Below are positions 45,658 to 55,606 of a stretch of DNA of 63,358 bases, in pieces (positions within the stretch are counted from its first letter, which is position 1; each line of letters begins with the position of its first letter). The position numbers were made by a program, and so were the translations under genes. The notes below the pieces were generated by a model that did not search any database, had not been told where the DNA came from, and saw only the letters and a list, made by a program, of their open reading frames with translations. This DNA comes from a virus (lineage: Duplodnaviria > Caudoviricetes): the IMG/VR virus record IMGVR_UViG_3300044728_000197, positions 1 through 63,358 of that record. One strand, given 5' to 3'.

Positions 45658-46775
45658 GACGGCAGTCTCACGGGCGAGAGCGCTGCAGCGCGGACGTCGT
45701 CCTTTCCATCGCGCCCGCGGCGGACCGCGAGCTGCCACATCTTCGAGGTCCCCGGCTCGTCCGCCGCGTCAGGCGCGCCGGTTGCGATCCAGAGGTGGCC
45801 GTCCTTCTGGACCGTGTCGCCCGGGGCATACGCCTTCTGCTTCCAGACGCCGCGGTGCACGAGCGACGGCAGCTGGAAGGTCTTCTCGACCATCGCGCCG
45901 GAGGAGCGCGTCAGCTTGACCGTCGCGGTTCGAACGTCGTCGCCGTAGTCGATCTCGGCGCCCTGGAAGCCCTCGACGACGCACTCCCAGCCCCGCAGGC
46001 CGGCCGTCTTCTCGAAGGCGCGCCAGAGGCCGCCGTTGTGCGTCGCCCAGGTTCCGCGGCGGTAGACCGTCTCGGGATCGATCGCCGACAGGATGTCGAT
46101 GTGCAGCGCGTCCTTCCCGGGCAGCCCCTCCAGACCGTCTCGGCCGGCGTCTCCCGGCTCGCCCTTCTCGCCGCGCTCCGGCTTCGGGATCGCCTTGATC
46201 GCCTGGTCGAGCGTCTCGCGAATCTGGATGCGCGCCTGCGCCATCGCCTTCTCGACGAGCGGCTCGATCGCCTTGGCGATCAGATCGGGCAGCGCGCGGA
46301 GGACGAGCGCCTCGACCTCCGCCATGTCGACGTCCTTCCCGCTCTGGCCCGGCTCGCCCTTTTCGCCCGGCTCGCCGCGCGGGCCGAGATCGCCAGCTGG
46401 CCCCGGATCGCCACGGTCGCCCTGCATCCCCTTCTCGCCGATGGCGCCGCGCTCGCCCGGCTGGCCAGGCTCGCCGATGGGCCCCGGGTCGCCCTGCATT
46501 CCTTTTTCGCCTTGCAGCCCCGGGTCGCCCTTCTCGCCGCGGTCGCCCGCGTCGCCCTTGGGGCCCGGCTCGCCCTGGATGCCGCGCTCGCCCGGCGGCC
46601 CCTGCTCTCCTGGGGCGCCACTCTCGCCAGCCGGCCCCGGCTCGCCCTTGATCGGCTCGCGCGCCTCGATCCCCTTCAGTCGCTTATCGATCGGGCCGAG
46701 GTTGCCGCGGAGGTACTCGCGAACATCGGCGAAGAGCTTGTCGGCGGCTTGGTCTAGATTCATTTCGGCAGGCAT
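45654..46775 (-). CDS. collagen-like (Gly-X-Y) virion protein
   Basis: Long GEP/GPQ/GDK triplet run; C-terminal RGVWK..Y.PGDTV...WQLAVRRGRDGKD. Confidence 0.85.
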   Translation of the reverse strand: MPAEMNLDQAADKLFADVREYLRGNLGPIDKRLKGIEAREPIKGEPGPAGESGAPGEQGPPGERGIQGEPGPKGDAGDRGEKGDPGLQGEKGMQGDPGPIGEPGQPGERGAIGEKGMQGDRGDPGPAGDLGPRGEPGEKGEPGQSGKDVDMAEVEALVLRALPDLIAKAIEPLVEKAMAQARIQIRETLDQAIKAIPKPERGEKGEPGDAGRDGLEGLPGKDALHIDILSAIDPETVYRRGTWATHNGGLWRAFEKTAGLRGWECVVEGFQGAEIDYGDDVRTATVKLTRSSGAMVEKTFQLPSLVHRGVWKQKAYAPGDTVQKDGHLWIATGAPDAADEPGTSKMWQLAVRRGRDGKDDVRAAALSPVRLPS

Positions 46776-46794
46776 CGTAATGGCCCTCGCGGTT

Positions 46795-49700
46795 TCAAAG
46801 GAGAGGAATAACGGCGGCGAGGAGCAGAAGGATCTCCTCGTCGTCCGATAGTTGGCGGTCGCCCGGCAGCAACGGCCTCGGAATCCGGACGCGGCGGCCG
46901 CCGGGGAATCCGACGATCACATCGGCTCCCGGCGTCGTGTTGACGATCGTCGGCGCCTGGCCCTCGATCGAGATCCGGGCCGGGTCGGGGACGAAGGTCG
47001 GCGAGTCGAGCAGCGTCGTCGGCGCGGCGCCGCTGATCTCGATCGCTCCCGCGCCAGGCTGGGCGACGATGCCGATCAGCGCTGCGGGCGCATGGCCCGA
47101 GATCGCGACAGCGCCCGCGTCCGGCTGGGCATTGGCGCCCTGGATCGCCTGCGGCGCGTGGCCGTCGATCGTGATCGAGCCGGCGGGCAGGGCGATCGCG
47201 GCGTCGCGGACGGAGCTCGGCGCCTGGCCCTCGATAGTGATCTGGCCCGCGCCCGGCTGGGCGGTGATGCTGACGAGCAGCGAGGGCGCGTGGCCCTCGA
47301 TCGCGATGCTGCCGGCGCCCGGGGCGGCCAGCGAGCCGACGAGAGCGGACGGAGCGAGGCCCGCGAGCGAGATCAGCCCCGCGGCGGGCTGGACGACGCT
47401 GCCGATGAGCAGGTCCGGAGCGAGGCCGCTGACGAGGATCGCCCCAGCGCCCGGGGCGAATGCCGCCGAGGTCAGCGCGATCGGCGCCTGGCCGCTGATC
47501 GTGATGCTGCCCGCGCCGGGCGAGACGATGGTGTCGATGACCAGCGCCGGCGCAAGCCCTGACAGCGAAATGGCGCCCGCGCCTGGCTGGGCAATCGTCC
47601 CGAGGACGAGCGTCGGCGCGAGCCCGCTGATCGAGACCAGCCCGCTCGGCGGCGTCGAGATCGCGCTCAGGAGGGCCGACGGCGCGAGCCCTTCGATCGT
47701 GATCAGGCCGGCGTCGGGCGCGACCGTCGTGTTCGAGGCGCTCGAGACGATCGCCGTCGGCGCCTGCCCCGCGATGACGATCGCGCCGTCCGCCGGCGTC
47801 GAAATGCTGCCGCGAATGGCTGCCGGCGCGAGGCCGGAGATGACGACGGCCCCGGCGCCCGGCTGCAGGACCGCGCCGCGAGCGAGCGATGGCGTCTGCC
47901 CGGAGACAAGGATCGAGCCGGCGCCGGGCTGGACGACCGTGGCGGCAAGGAGCGCTGGCGCGTGGCCCGTGATCGCCACCGTGCCGGCGCCGGGGGCGGC
48001 CACAGTGCCGAGGACCAGGGTCGGGCCCCGGCCATCTATCGAGATCGAGCCAGCGCCCGGGGTCGCGATGGTCCCGACAACCGGCGTCGGCGCGTGCCCG
48101 ACAAGGGCGACTGCCCCGGCTCCGGGCTGGACGACGACGCCGAGGCGGAGCGAGGGCGCGTAGCCCGTCAGCGAGACCTGCCCGGCGTCCGGCGCGACCG
48201 TCGTGTTTCCGGCGACCGAAACGACCGCGACGGGCGTCTGGCCGTCGATCGCGATCGAGCCGGCCGCAGGCTGGAAGACGCTCCCCCGCAGAAGCGTCGG
48301 GGCCTGGCCAGCGATGGCGATCGTTCCGGCGCCCGGCGCGGCGACCGTCCCGACTCCAACGGTCGGCGCGCGGCCCTTGATCGTGATGCCCGCGCCGATC
48401 GAACGAGCGAGCCACGAGTCAACCTGTCCGCCGTCGGTGACGAACAGCCCAGGCTGCCCGCCGGCGTAGACGCTGTCGGTGGCGGTGCCGACTAGGGAGC
48501 CTTCGTGATAGACCGAGAGCAGATCGTCGACGATCGTGAGCTTGACCGTCTGGCCGACCGTCCAAGACGGCGGGAACCAGACGCCAAGGACGGCCGAGAT
48601 CGCGCTGTTCGTGATCCGGACAAGCGTCAGCGGCGTGACCGTGTCGCCGTAGACGACATAGCCGTTCAGCGAGGTCCCGGATCCGCTCGCCCGGACCATC
48701 GGGCCCAACGATTTGTTGATCGTCGCGACCCCGATCGCGACCTCCGCCTCCTGATCGGGGGTAAAGCTGTCGGCATTCCAGTAGGCGAACTGGAACGCTC
48801 CGCCCGTGCCTTGCGCCGTGTTGCTGACGACCGAGGGAACGGCGACGCCGTCGGTGCCAGTCGTCCAGTTCGACCCAAGGGCGCCGTCGGGCCGGTTGAA
48901 GAGGTCGAACCTCTCGCTCGAGAAGACGATCCCGAGGTCGTGCTTCGGCGCCTGCCCGTCGACGGTGATCGACCCCGCGCCGGGCGTGATCGTTGTGTCC
49001 GTCGCCGAAGACGTCGAGACCGTCGGCGCCTGGCCGGCGATCGAGACCTGGCCGGCGCCTGGCTGAGCGACGCTGCCGACGACGCCGACTGGCGCGAGGC
49101 CCGCGATCGCGACCGCGCCGGCTCCTGGCGCGAGAACACTGCCGCGGAGCGCGGTCGGCGCGAGGCCGGAGAGATTGATCGAGCCCGCGGGCGGGCTGAT
49201 CGCGGTATCCGAGCTGCCCGTTCCTAGAACGACAGCGGGCGCGTGGCCTGTCAGCGAGACAGCGCCGGCGCCCACCGGGAAGCCGAACAACAGGGTCGGC
49301 GGCGGGCCGGTGATCGTGATCGCACCGCTCGCTGGCTCGAAGACGGAGCCGCGGAGCGCTGTCGGCGCAATGCCGGCGACCGTGATGGCCCCTGCAGGGA
49401 CGGCGATCGGCGTGCCGCGAACCAGAGCGGGCGTTTGCCCGGCGCAGGCAATCGAGCCGGCGCCGACCGCGATGATCGTGTTCTGGACGACCGCCGGCGC
49501 AAGGCCGGTAATCGTGACCGCGCCCGGACTCGGGCTGACCGTCGCGCTTGCGGTCGCGACGAGGATCGGCACGGCACACATGACGTTCGTCGTGCCAGTC
49601 CCCGCCCAGGCCGGTGAAATACTGGCGGTCCTGCCGGCCATGACGCCGCCCGCGAAGAACGCTGTGCTGTTCGTGCTGCCCCGGTGCAAAAGCCCGAAGT

Positions 49701-50862
49701 TTGCGAACCCCGACGACCCTGTTGAGCTCCCGAACGTCGCCATCGACGCCCACAGCAGATCATTCGGAGAGATCGTGGCCGTCAGCGTTGGAGCCGCCGC
49801 CGCCGCGTTACTGACCGACTGAAAGGTGCCGGTGAAGTCGCTCTGATTGACACCGAGTAGAGACGTCGCCACGCTCCGCATGGAGCCAATGGAGCCGGTC
49901 AACGTCACGACGACGTTGTTGGCTCCGGTAGCTGGCGCAATCAGAGAGTGAAGATAGACGTTGGCGACACCACCGCCGTTAACGGAGCCTTCCGACGCCA
50001 TCGACACGGCGTTGTAGGTCGTCCCCGTGACCGACGTGCCGGTGGTTTCGATACTGGACGACACCAGCAGGCCACGGTTACTCGCCGTGCTCGTCGTATG
50101 CGAGTACGTCAGCGACGAGACCGTGTTGCCGCGCGCCCGCGTTACGGCATCGACTCCGACGTCTATCTCAGCAAACCCGATCAGGACCGAGTTGCAATCG
50201 ACCGCCGCGAGCGTGGGGTCGCTGGCCGTGCTGCTCGTCGCGGTCTCGATCTTGAACTCGCCGCGGGCGCAGATGTTCGCCGCCGCGCCGCCCCCTGTTG
50301 AGTTCGAGCTTGTGTGCGTGAACGTCGTATACGCGGCGGTCGCCGTGTACGTCGAGATATTCGTCTCGCCCGCGGTCGCGCGGATGAAAAGGTGCTCCCG
50401 GTTCTCCAGGCTGGTGAGTTGAAGCGAGCCCGGGTCGGTGGCGCTCTGCTCTAGGTGCTTGACCTCCTCGACGACCACGAACTTCGCCGTGTTGCGGCTG
50501 AAGCGATGGCCCGTGCACGCCATCGCCAGCGACGAGGCGGAGTTGGTTTTTGTGACGACGACATTGCTGCCGCTCGTCAGTTGCGCCGTGATCTCGCTGT
50601 ACCAGACGCTGACGCCCGTGTGCGAGACCGTCGTCCCGACGTTCTGCCACTCCGCCGCCATCTTCCAGCTATTGCCGGCGGCGTCGGTAACGGAGTTAAT
50701 GGCCGAGTCGTCTCGGTTCGTCTGAACCGAGTTGTCGATGCCGATGACGAGAACGGCGAGGTCGCCGACGTTGATCGTGGCCGACGTCGCGAACGTCCAT
50801 GACGCGCCAGCGGTCGATCCTTGATTCGCGGTCGCGAACGACCCTATCGCCGCGAAGGCCAT
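46795..50862 (-). CDS. giant repeat-containing virion surface protein (1355 aa)
   Basis: About 31 repeats of PGAGxIxIxGxAP, S/T-rich N-terminal domains, C-terminal DDEEILLLL. Confidence 0.85.
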   Translation of the reverse strand: MAFAAIGSFATANQGSTAGASWTFATSATINVGDLAVLVIGIDNSVQTNRDDSAINSVTDAAGNSWKMAAEWQNVGTTVSHTGVSVWYSEITAQLTSGSNVVVTKTNSASSLAMACTGHRFSRNTAKFVVVEEVKHLEQSATDPGSLQLTSLENREHLFIRATAGETNISTYTATAAYTTFTHTSSNSTGGGAAANICARGEFKIETATSSTASDPTLAAVDCNSVLIGFAEIDVGVDAVTRARGNTVSSLTYSHTTSTASNRGLLVSSSIETTGTSVTGTTYNAVSMASEGSVNGGGVANVYLHSLIAPATGANNVVVTLTGSIGSMRSVATSLLGVNQSDFTGTFQSVSNAAAAAPTLTATISPNDLLWASMATFGSSTGSSGFANFGLLHRGSTNSTAFFAGGVMAGRTASISPAWAGTGTTNVMCAVPILVATASATVSPSPGAVTITGLAPAVVQNTIIAVGAGSIACAGQTPALVRGTPIAVPAGAITVAGIAPTALRGSVFEPASGAITITGPPPTLLFGFPVGAGAVSLTGHAPAVVLGTGSSDTAISPPAGSINLSGLAPTALRGSVLAPGAGAVAIAGLAPVGVVGSVAQPGAGQVSIAGQAPTVSTSSATDTTITPGAGSITVDGQAPKHDLGIVFSSERFDLFNRPDGALGSNWTTGTDGVAVPSVVSNTAQGTGGAFQFAYWNADSFTPDQEAEVAIGVATINKSLGPMVRASGSGTSLNGYVVYGDTVTPLTLVRITNSAISAVLGVWFPPSWTVGQTVKLTIVDDLLSVYHEGSLVGTATDSVYAGGQPGLFVTDGGQVDSWLARSIGAGITIKGRAPTVGVGTVAAPGAGTIAIAGQAPTLLRGSVFQPAAGSIAIDGQTPVAVVSVAGNTTVAPDAGQVSLTGYAPSLRLGVVVQPGAGAVALVGHAPTPVVGTIATPGAGSISIDGRGPTLVLGTVAAPGAGTVAITGHAPALLAATVVQPGAGSILVSGQTPSLARGAVLQPGAGAVVISGLAPAAIRGSISTPADGAIVIAGQAPTAIVSSASNTTVAPDAGLITIEGLAPSALLSAISTPPSGLVSISGLAPTLVLGTIAQPGAGAISLSGLAPALVIDTIVSPGAGSITISGQAPIALTSAAFAPGAGAILVSGLAPDLLIGSVVQPAAGLISLAGLAPSALVGSLAAPGAGSIAIEGHAPSLLVSITAQPGAGQITIEGQAPSSVRDAAIALPAGSITIDGHAPQAIQGANAQPDAGAVAISGHAPAALIGIVAQPGAGAIEISGAAPTTLLDSPTFVPDPARISIEGQAPTIVNTTPGADVIVGFPGGRRVRIPRPLLPGDRQLSDDEEILLLLAAVIPLL

Positions 50863-50863
50863 T

Positions 50864-51211
50864 TCAGTTGACGATCAACTGCGCTTGCGTATTGAGCGTT
50901 GCCAGAAGATTGATCGTGCCCCGCACTCGGCGCAGGGTCGCGCCCCGCTGCGCCGGGATCGAGGTGGATGCCCTGCTCTCCGTGTTCGGCGGCCCGCCCC
51001 ATGTTCCGAAGCCGATCAGCGTCTGCCAATTTACCCCGCCGTCGAGCGAGACGTCGGCGCGGATCTGCACGACCTCGCCGCCGATATTCGGCCACGAGTT
51101 GCGCGTCATCACAATATCGGCGGTCGAGAGCGACTGGACGATCGTCTGTGATGGAAATTCGATCGTCTGCGGCCCGTAGGTGCCGGCCGCGAGCAGGGTC
51201 AGCGTTGGCAC
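50864..51211 (-). CDS. hypothetical (likely structural) protein
   Basis: Beta-rich ORF in the structural operon. Confidence 0.6.
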   Translation of the reverse strand: MPTLTLLAAGTYGPQTIEFPSQTIVQSLSTADIVMTRNSWPNIGGEVVQIRADVSLDGGVNWQTLIGFGTWGGPPNTESRASTSIPAQRGATLRRVRGTINLLATLNTQAQLIVN

Positions 51212-51214
51212 GCC

Positions 51215-51649
51215 TTAGACCATCGTGAAGATGCCGAGCGTGTTGAACTGGATCGTCAACGTGTTCGGCGAGGTAACGGTGAACTGTGCCGTCGACAGCT
51301 TAGACCAGCACAGCGCCTTGCCGCCCGAGACGCCGATAACGGCGAACTTCACGTTGATGAGGCTCGAGCCGGAGGCAGTGAAGACGAGGTCGTCGGCGTC
51401 GAACTTGTAGCTCTTCGCCGAGGCGCCGACCGTCCAGGCCAGCGTCGCGAGCGATCTGCCGCCGGCGACATATCCGCCGCGCGCGCTGATCTCGTTCGAG
51501 ACGGAGGCGAAGGTTGAGAGCGTGAACGTCGAGGCGTTGGACGCGCTCGTCGTGAGCTTCAACTTCATCGCGGTCGTGCCGAGCACGATCGTTCCGTTGC
51601 CGATGTACTTCTTACTTTCGTTGTAGAGGAGAAAGGCTGCGGCTGACAT
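51215..51649 (-). CDS. putative head decoration/structural protein
   Basis: GAGG RBS; NEIS..GGYVAGG...FDADDLVFTASG...GIFT. Confidence 0.7.
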   Translation of the reverse strand: MSAAAFLLYNESKKYIGNGTIVLGTTAMKLKLTTSASNASTFTLSTFASVSNEISARGGYVAGGRSLATLAWTVGASAKSYKFDADDLVFTASGSSLINVKFAVIGVSGGKALCWSKLSTAQFTVTSPNTLTIQFNTLGIFTMV

Positions 51650-51670
51650 GGTTGAGATACCTCGTTTGAG

Positions 51671-52087
51671 TTACTGAATTGCGCCGGTCAGGCGAAGAAT
51701 GGGTCGCGTCGCCACGACCAGCGGAAACTCGGGAAAGAGTTTGCGAAAGAGCCGCGCCTTAGTTTGCGCCCTCTCGTCGAAAGCGACCTCCCACGATGAG
51801 CGCATTCGCACGCCTGCATATTCGACGCGCGGCTTATGGCGCGGCGGCTTGCCGAAGTGGGGGCTGTTCGGCCCGGTGAGTTTCGCGCGCTGCGCCGAAG
51901 ACCATGTCGTTCCCAGCCGCCGCGCACGGATCGCCTCGATCTCTTGCTCGCTCAGGCGACGCCCGGGCCTGCCGCGCTTGCCCTCGCTGATAGCCTTGCG
52001 ATGAGCCTCCGACTTCGGTCGGCCCAAGGCTGCCGCGCGCATCTTCGCGCGCGTCTCTTGAGGAGTCGGTTCGCCTTTACGCGCCAT
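51671..52087 (-). CDS. NUMOD3-repeat homing endonuclease remnant (catalytic core apparently deleted)
   Basis: ETRAKMRAAALGR.KSEAHRKAISE repeats, then MRSSWEVAF with no PD..E.K core. Confidence 0.6.
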   Translation of the reverse strand: MARKGEPTPQETRAKMRAAALGRPKSEAHRKAISEGKRGRPGRRLSEQEIEAIRARRLGTTWSSAQRAKLTGPNSPHFGKPPRHKPRVEYAGVRMRSSWEVAFDERAQTKARLFRKLFPEFPLVVATRPILRLTGAIQ

Positions 52088-53552
52088 GGCCGTCTGCGAT
52101 CCCTTGCGCATTGCGATTGATCGCCGCGCCGGTCTTGAGCATGTGCGCGATGAGTCCATCGCCATAGACGGCGAGATCGAACGAGTCGCCGAGGTACTTC
52201 ACGAGATCGCGGAACTCGGAGGCCTGGCTGATGTGCCAGGGCACGCACCAGAAGACCTTCCCGCCGCACGTGACCGGCGCGGTGACCTGGCTGTCGTTCT
52301 CGGGCTGGGAGTAGGCGTGATGCTCGTCGCCGAAGACGCAGGAGTCCCAGCCGAACACGTGCACCTGCCGGAAGCCGATCAGGCGCAGCAGAGGGATCGC
52401 GCGCAGGACGACGGTCGAGCCGCCGGGGACCGGGAAGAAGAACCCGTCCAGCTTCGAGCGCGCCAGTGCCTCGTTCTCGTCCGACAGGCCCGAGTGCCAG
52501 AGGAACGTGCTCTCCTTCGGCAGGCCCTCGAGCGTCGCCGGGTTGCACTGCGAGGCGATGAGGAAGGACTTCGTCCCCGGATGGATCGGGCGCGTGAATC
52601 GCGCGTTGAACTCGCGCGCGTCGAGCACGATCTGCGAGCCGACCTGGATCCCGTTCTCGTGCGCCCAGTGGTAGGCGCCGTTGACGCTGAAGATCGCCGC
52701 GCCCTCGGCGACGAGCTTCCGGATCTCTTCGGCCTGGCCTTTCATCGAAGGCCCTCCGGCAAGGATCACCGCCTCGCGCGCCTGCGTGTCCCAGGGCGTG
52801 ATCTGCTTCCAGCCCGCCTCGAGGTTCGCGCGCACGTTGGCCTGCAGCGTCTCGTCGCTGACGTTGACGACGCCTGTCTTCACCAGCTCGCCGGCGTCCT
52901 GCCATGACGAGCAGTAGATCAGGCACTCGCGGTCCTCGATGTTCTGCGTCCAGTGGATCACGCCGCCTGCGGCCTTGATCTGCTCGATCCACCAGGCGAG
53001 AGGCCGGACGGTCAGGTGCAGCGTCTCGCCGATCCGCGCGCCCATGACGTCGTCCTCGGTCGAGATGCCGAAGAAGACCTTCTCGGCGCTCGCGAGGATG
53101 TTCCGCAGCACCGTCGGTACGTCCGCGGTCGGGATGTGCTCCATGACGTCGCAGCAGTAGCCGAAGGGCGCCGTCTCCGGGATCATTCGGGTCAGGTCGC
53201 GGCGCTTGAACGAGATCCGCGTCGGCTGGGTCTCGCAGGCCTGATGGACCTCCTGGTCGAGGCAGTTGGCGGTGAAGTCGATCATCGTGACGCGGAGCCC
53301 GCCGACCAGCGCCAGCATGAGAGCTCCACGGCCGGTGCCGCAGCCGAAGTCGATGCACTCGACGTCGCGCGGCGGATTGGCCACGCTCAGGAACGCCGTC
53401 GCGAGCTGCTCGCCTGGCGCGACGGCGCGGTAGTCCGGGATCTCCCAGAGCTTCTCGTACTTGGCCTGCTCCGGATTCGAGCGGAGGATCGCTGGCGTGA
53501 TCTTGACCTTCGGCGCGTGGCCGCGCATTCCTGCTTCGGTGGTGATGCTCAT
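52077..53552 (-). CDS. SAM methyltransferase fused to a DUF115/Maf-like domain
   Basis: N-terminal [10 protein letters not shown]...CCDVMEHIP; C-terminal ILAGGPSM...SVNGA...GGSTV...[12 protein letters not shown]. Confidence 0.8.
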   Translation of the reverse strand: MSITTEAGMRGHAPKVKITPAILRSNPEQAKYEKLWEIPDYRAVAPGEQLATAFLSVANPPRDVECIDFGCGTGRGALMLALVGGLRVTMIDFTANCLDQEVHQACETQPTRISFKRRDLTRMIPETAPFGYCCDVMEHIPTADVPTVLRNILASAEKVFFGISTEDDVMGARIGETLHLTVRPLAWWIEQIKAAGGVIHWTQNIEDRECLIYCSSWQDAGELVKTGVVNVSDETLQANVRANLEAGWKQITPWDTQAREAVILAGGPSMKGQAEEIRKLVAEGAAIFSVNGAYHWAHENGIQVGSQIVLDAREFNARFTRPIHPGTKSFLIASQCNPATLEGLPKESTFLWHSGLSDENEALARSKLDGFFFPVPGGSTVVLRAIPLLRLIGFRQVHVFGWDSCVFGDEHHAYSQPENDSQVTAPVTCGGKVFWCVPWHISQASEFRDLVKYLGDSFDLAVYGDGLIAHMLKTGAAINRNAQGIADGHGA

Positions 53553-53968
53553 AGGGCTACCAGTTCAAAGGAATCGATCAGGCCGTTCTCGCGGCTGAAG
53601 GTCGCGCGCCACTTGGCGCCGGCGTCGGACGTGATCACAGCAGCGACGGCGATCCGGCTCTCGCCCTCGCGGAGGACGCTCGCGAGCCAGCGCTCAGGCT
53701 CGGGCGGGAGGACGGCGTCGCGGCCGGGCTTCCCTGCTGCTCCAGCGCGGCCGGGAACTCCCGGGTCGCCCTTGTCGCCCTTCTCGCCGGGCGGGCCCTG
53801 CAGCCCCTGCTCGCCGGTCGCCCCCGGGTCGCCCTTCGGGCCCTGCGGCCCCGGGTCGCCCTTGGGCCCGGGCTCGCCCTGCTCGCCGCGCAGCCCGCGC
53901 GGGCCCTGGTCGCCCTGCGGCCCTGGCTCGCCCTGCCGCCCGTCGCGGCCGTCGCGCCCGTCACGCAT
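53549..53968 (-). CDS. short collagen-like protein
   Basis: Continuous Gly-X-Y repeats starting at the N-terminus; overlaps the portal stop. Confidence 0.8.
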   Translation of the reverse strand: MRDGRDGRDGRQGEPGPQGDQGPRGLRGEQGEPGPKGDPGPQGPKGDPGATGEQGLQGPPGEKGDKGDPGVPGRAGAAGKPGRDAVLPPEPERWLASVLREGESRIAVAAVITSDAGAKWRATFSRENGLIDSFELVAL

Positions 53969-55397
53969 AGTCGAGCAGCGGCGCGGTGCGGAACCGCGCT
54001 GCAGCCTTCTCGAGGAGGGCCTCGACTGCCTTCGCGGCGTCCTCGGCCGATGATCCGTCCGGAGGAGCGGCGGCAGGGGCGGCCGGCGGCGCTGGCGCAG
54101 CGGCGGGCTTTGCGGTCCCGAAGGGATCCTCGCTGCGGTCGCGCTCGTCGAGCGCGGCGAGGCTGTGATCCTGATGCTGCCCGTAGATCGTGTTCCCGCC
54201 CTTGACGCCGCGCCGGTTGACGTCCGCGCGTGCCTCGTTCGGCGTCAGCACCATGCCCTGGACGCCCTTCGTGAGGTAGTCCATCTGCGAGGAGGGATCC
54301 ATCCTCATCAGGCCGCCGAGGTCGAACTCGACCGAATAGCCGTCCGGCACGTTCAGCCCCTCGGTCAGGAGGAGCTCGATCTTCTCGATGTAGGACTGCA
54401 GGGTGCGCGAGTAGTACTGCTGCTCGAGCGCGGCGACGTTGTTCGACGTCGGCATCGGCCCCTGGTTCAGCATGTAGGCCGGCAGCCCGAAGGCCGTTGC
54501 TACATCGACTGCGGAGATGCCGAGCTGCTCGGCCAGCTGCGACGCCTCGGCCGCCATCGACATCGCCTGATAGGTCAGCCCATCGCCGAGGACCGCCGTC
54601 TGGCCGAGCCGGAGTCCGGAGTAGTTCTCCTGCCAGCCCTCCTTAAGGCGCCGCGCCTCGTCGGGCGGGATCGACTTCGGGCCCGTGATCAGGCCCGACG
54701 GCCGGCTCATGTTGCCGAAGAAGGCCGCGCTCTGCTGCTGGATCTTCAGCCCGAGCGTCCCGGACAGGGCGGCGGCGACCATGGGCGAGACGCCGATCAG
54801 CTTGTCCCAGAACGTCGGCCCGCGGTCGTGGATGATGAAGCGGGACGGGATCGAATCCAGCCCGTTCGGCAGCTGGGCGAGCAGCTCGCGCGGGCAGGAG
54901 TAGTAGACCTGGCCGTCGTCGGTGATGCGGTGGCGCACCGAGCGCGGGTCGAGCAGATGCAGGTCCGTGCAGATCCCGCGCTGGTCGAACTGCTTGTAGG
55001 CGTAGGCGTTGCCGTGCAGCAGCTTGCAAAGCAGCCAGTGCTCGATGAACTGGATCCGGTCCTGGTATCGGTTCGGCCGGCGGATGACCTGCCAGTAGGG
55101 CGAATTCTTGGGCGCCTTCTCGAGGATCTCCTCCTCGCCCTCGACTTCCTTCAGCAGGTCGATCCCGAGCTTCGAGACGTCACTGCTGATTCGGGAGCAG
55201 GCCGCGTAGATCGGCGAGTAGCCGGTCAGCGCGAGGTTGCTCTGGATCTCGAGGTTCGCCTGCCAGGCGCCGGGGAACCAGTCGCGCACGACCCCGCCGC
55301 CCCAGAGCGGGCGGGCATCGGTGACAAGGCCCATGCCGGCCGCCTTCGTCCGCAGCCCGGCGGAGAGGATCTTGACGAGGCCGCGGCGGTCAGACAT
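53961..55397 (-). CDS. portal protein (HK97 family)
   Basis: RPNRYQ...LLHGNAY...GVSPM...[10 protein letters not shown]...LTPNEARA. Confidence 0.95.
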   Translation of the reverse strand: MSDRRGLVKILSAGLRTKAAGMGLVTDARPLWGGGVVRDWFPGAWQANLEIQSNLALTGYSPIYAACSRISSDVSKLGIDLLKEVEGEEEILEKAPKNSPYWQVIRRPNRYQDRIQFIEHWLLCKLLHGNAYAYKQFDQRGICTDLHLLDPRSVRHRITDDGQVYYSCPRELLAQLPNGLDSIPSRFIIHDRGPTFWDKLIGVSPMVAAALSGTLGLKIQQQSAAFFGNMSRPSGLITGPKSIPPDEARRLKEGWQENYSGLRLGQTAVLGDGLTYQAMSMAAEASQLAEQLGISAVDVATAFGLPAYMLNQGPMPTSNNVAALEQQYYSRTLQSYIEKIELLLTEGLNVPDGYSVEFDLGGLMRMDPSSQMDYLTKGVQGMVLTPNEARADVNRRGVKGGNTIYGQHQDHSLAALDERDRSEDPFGTAKPAAAPAPPAAPAAAPPDGSSAEDAAKAVEALLEKAAARFRTAPLLDYA

Positions 55398-55605
55398 TCG
55401 GGTCGATGCCTCGGAGGAGGAGGATGGCCAGGGCTAGGCAGAGCGTGCCGGCAGCGAGGAGAGAGGCCGGGGTCCCGGCGAGCATGTAGACCCCGACGAC
55501 GATGCAGGCCGAGCCTGCGATCAGGAGGAGGACGATGACGAGGGCGTCGGCCTTCTGGCCCGCGGTCACGAGGACAGCGATCGCCCGGCGCATCAGCCCC
55601 CGCAC
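55390..55605 (-). CDS. small two-TM protein preceding the portal
   Basis: Hydrophobic; typical pre-portal ORF. Confidence 0.6.
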   Translation of the reverse strand: MRGLMRRAIAVLVTAGQKADALVIVLLLIAGSACIVVGVYMLAGTPASLLAAGTLCLALAILLLRGIDPNV

Positions 55606-55606
55606 G

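Noticed and set aside
45654-50862. Repetitive DNA as a possible CRISPR array or DGR
   Set aside because: The repeats are degenerate codon-level protein repeats. There are no identical repeats with unique spacers, and no cas or reverse transcriptase gene.
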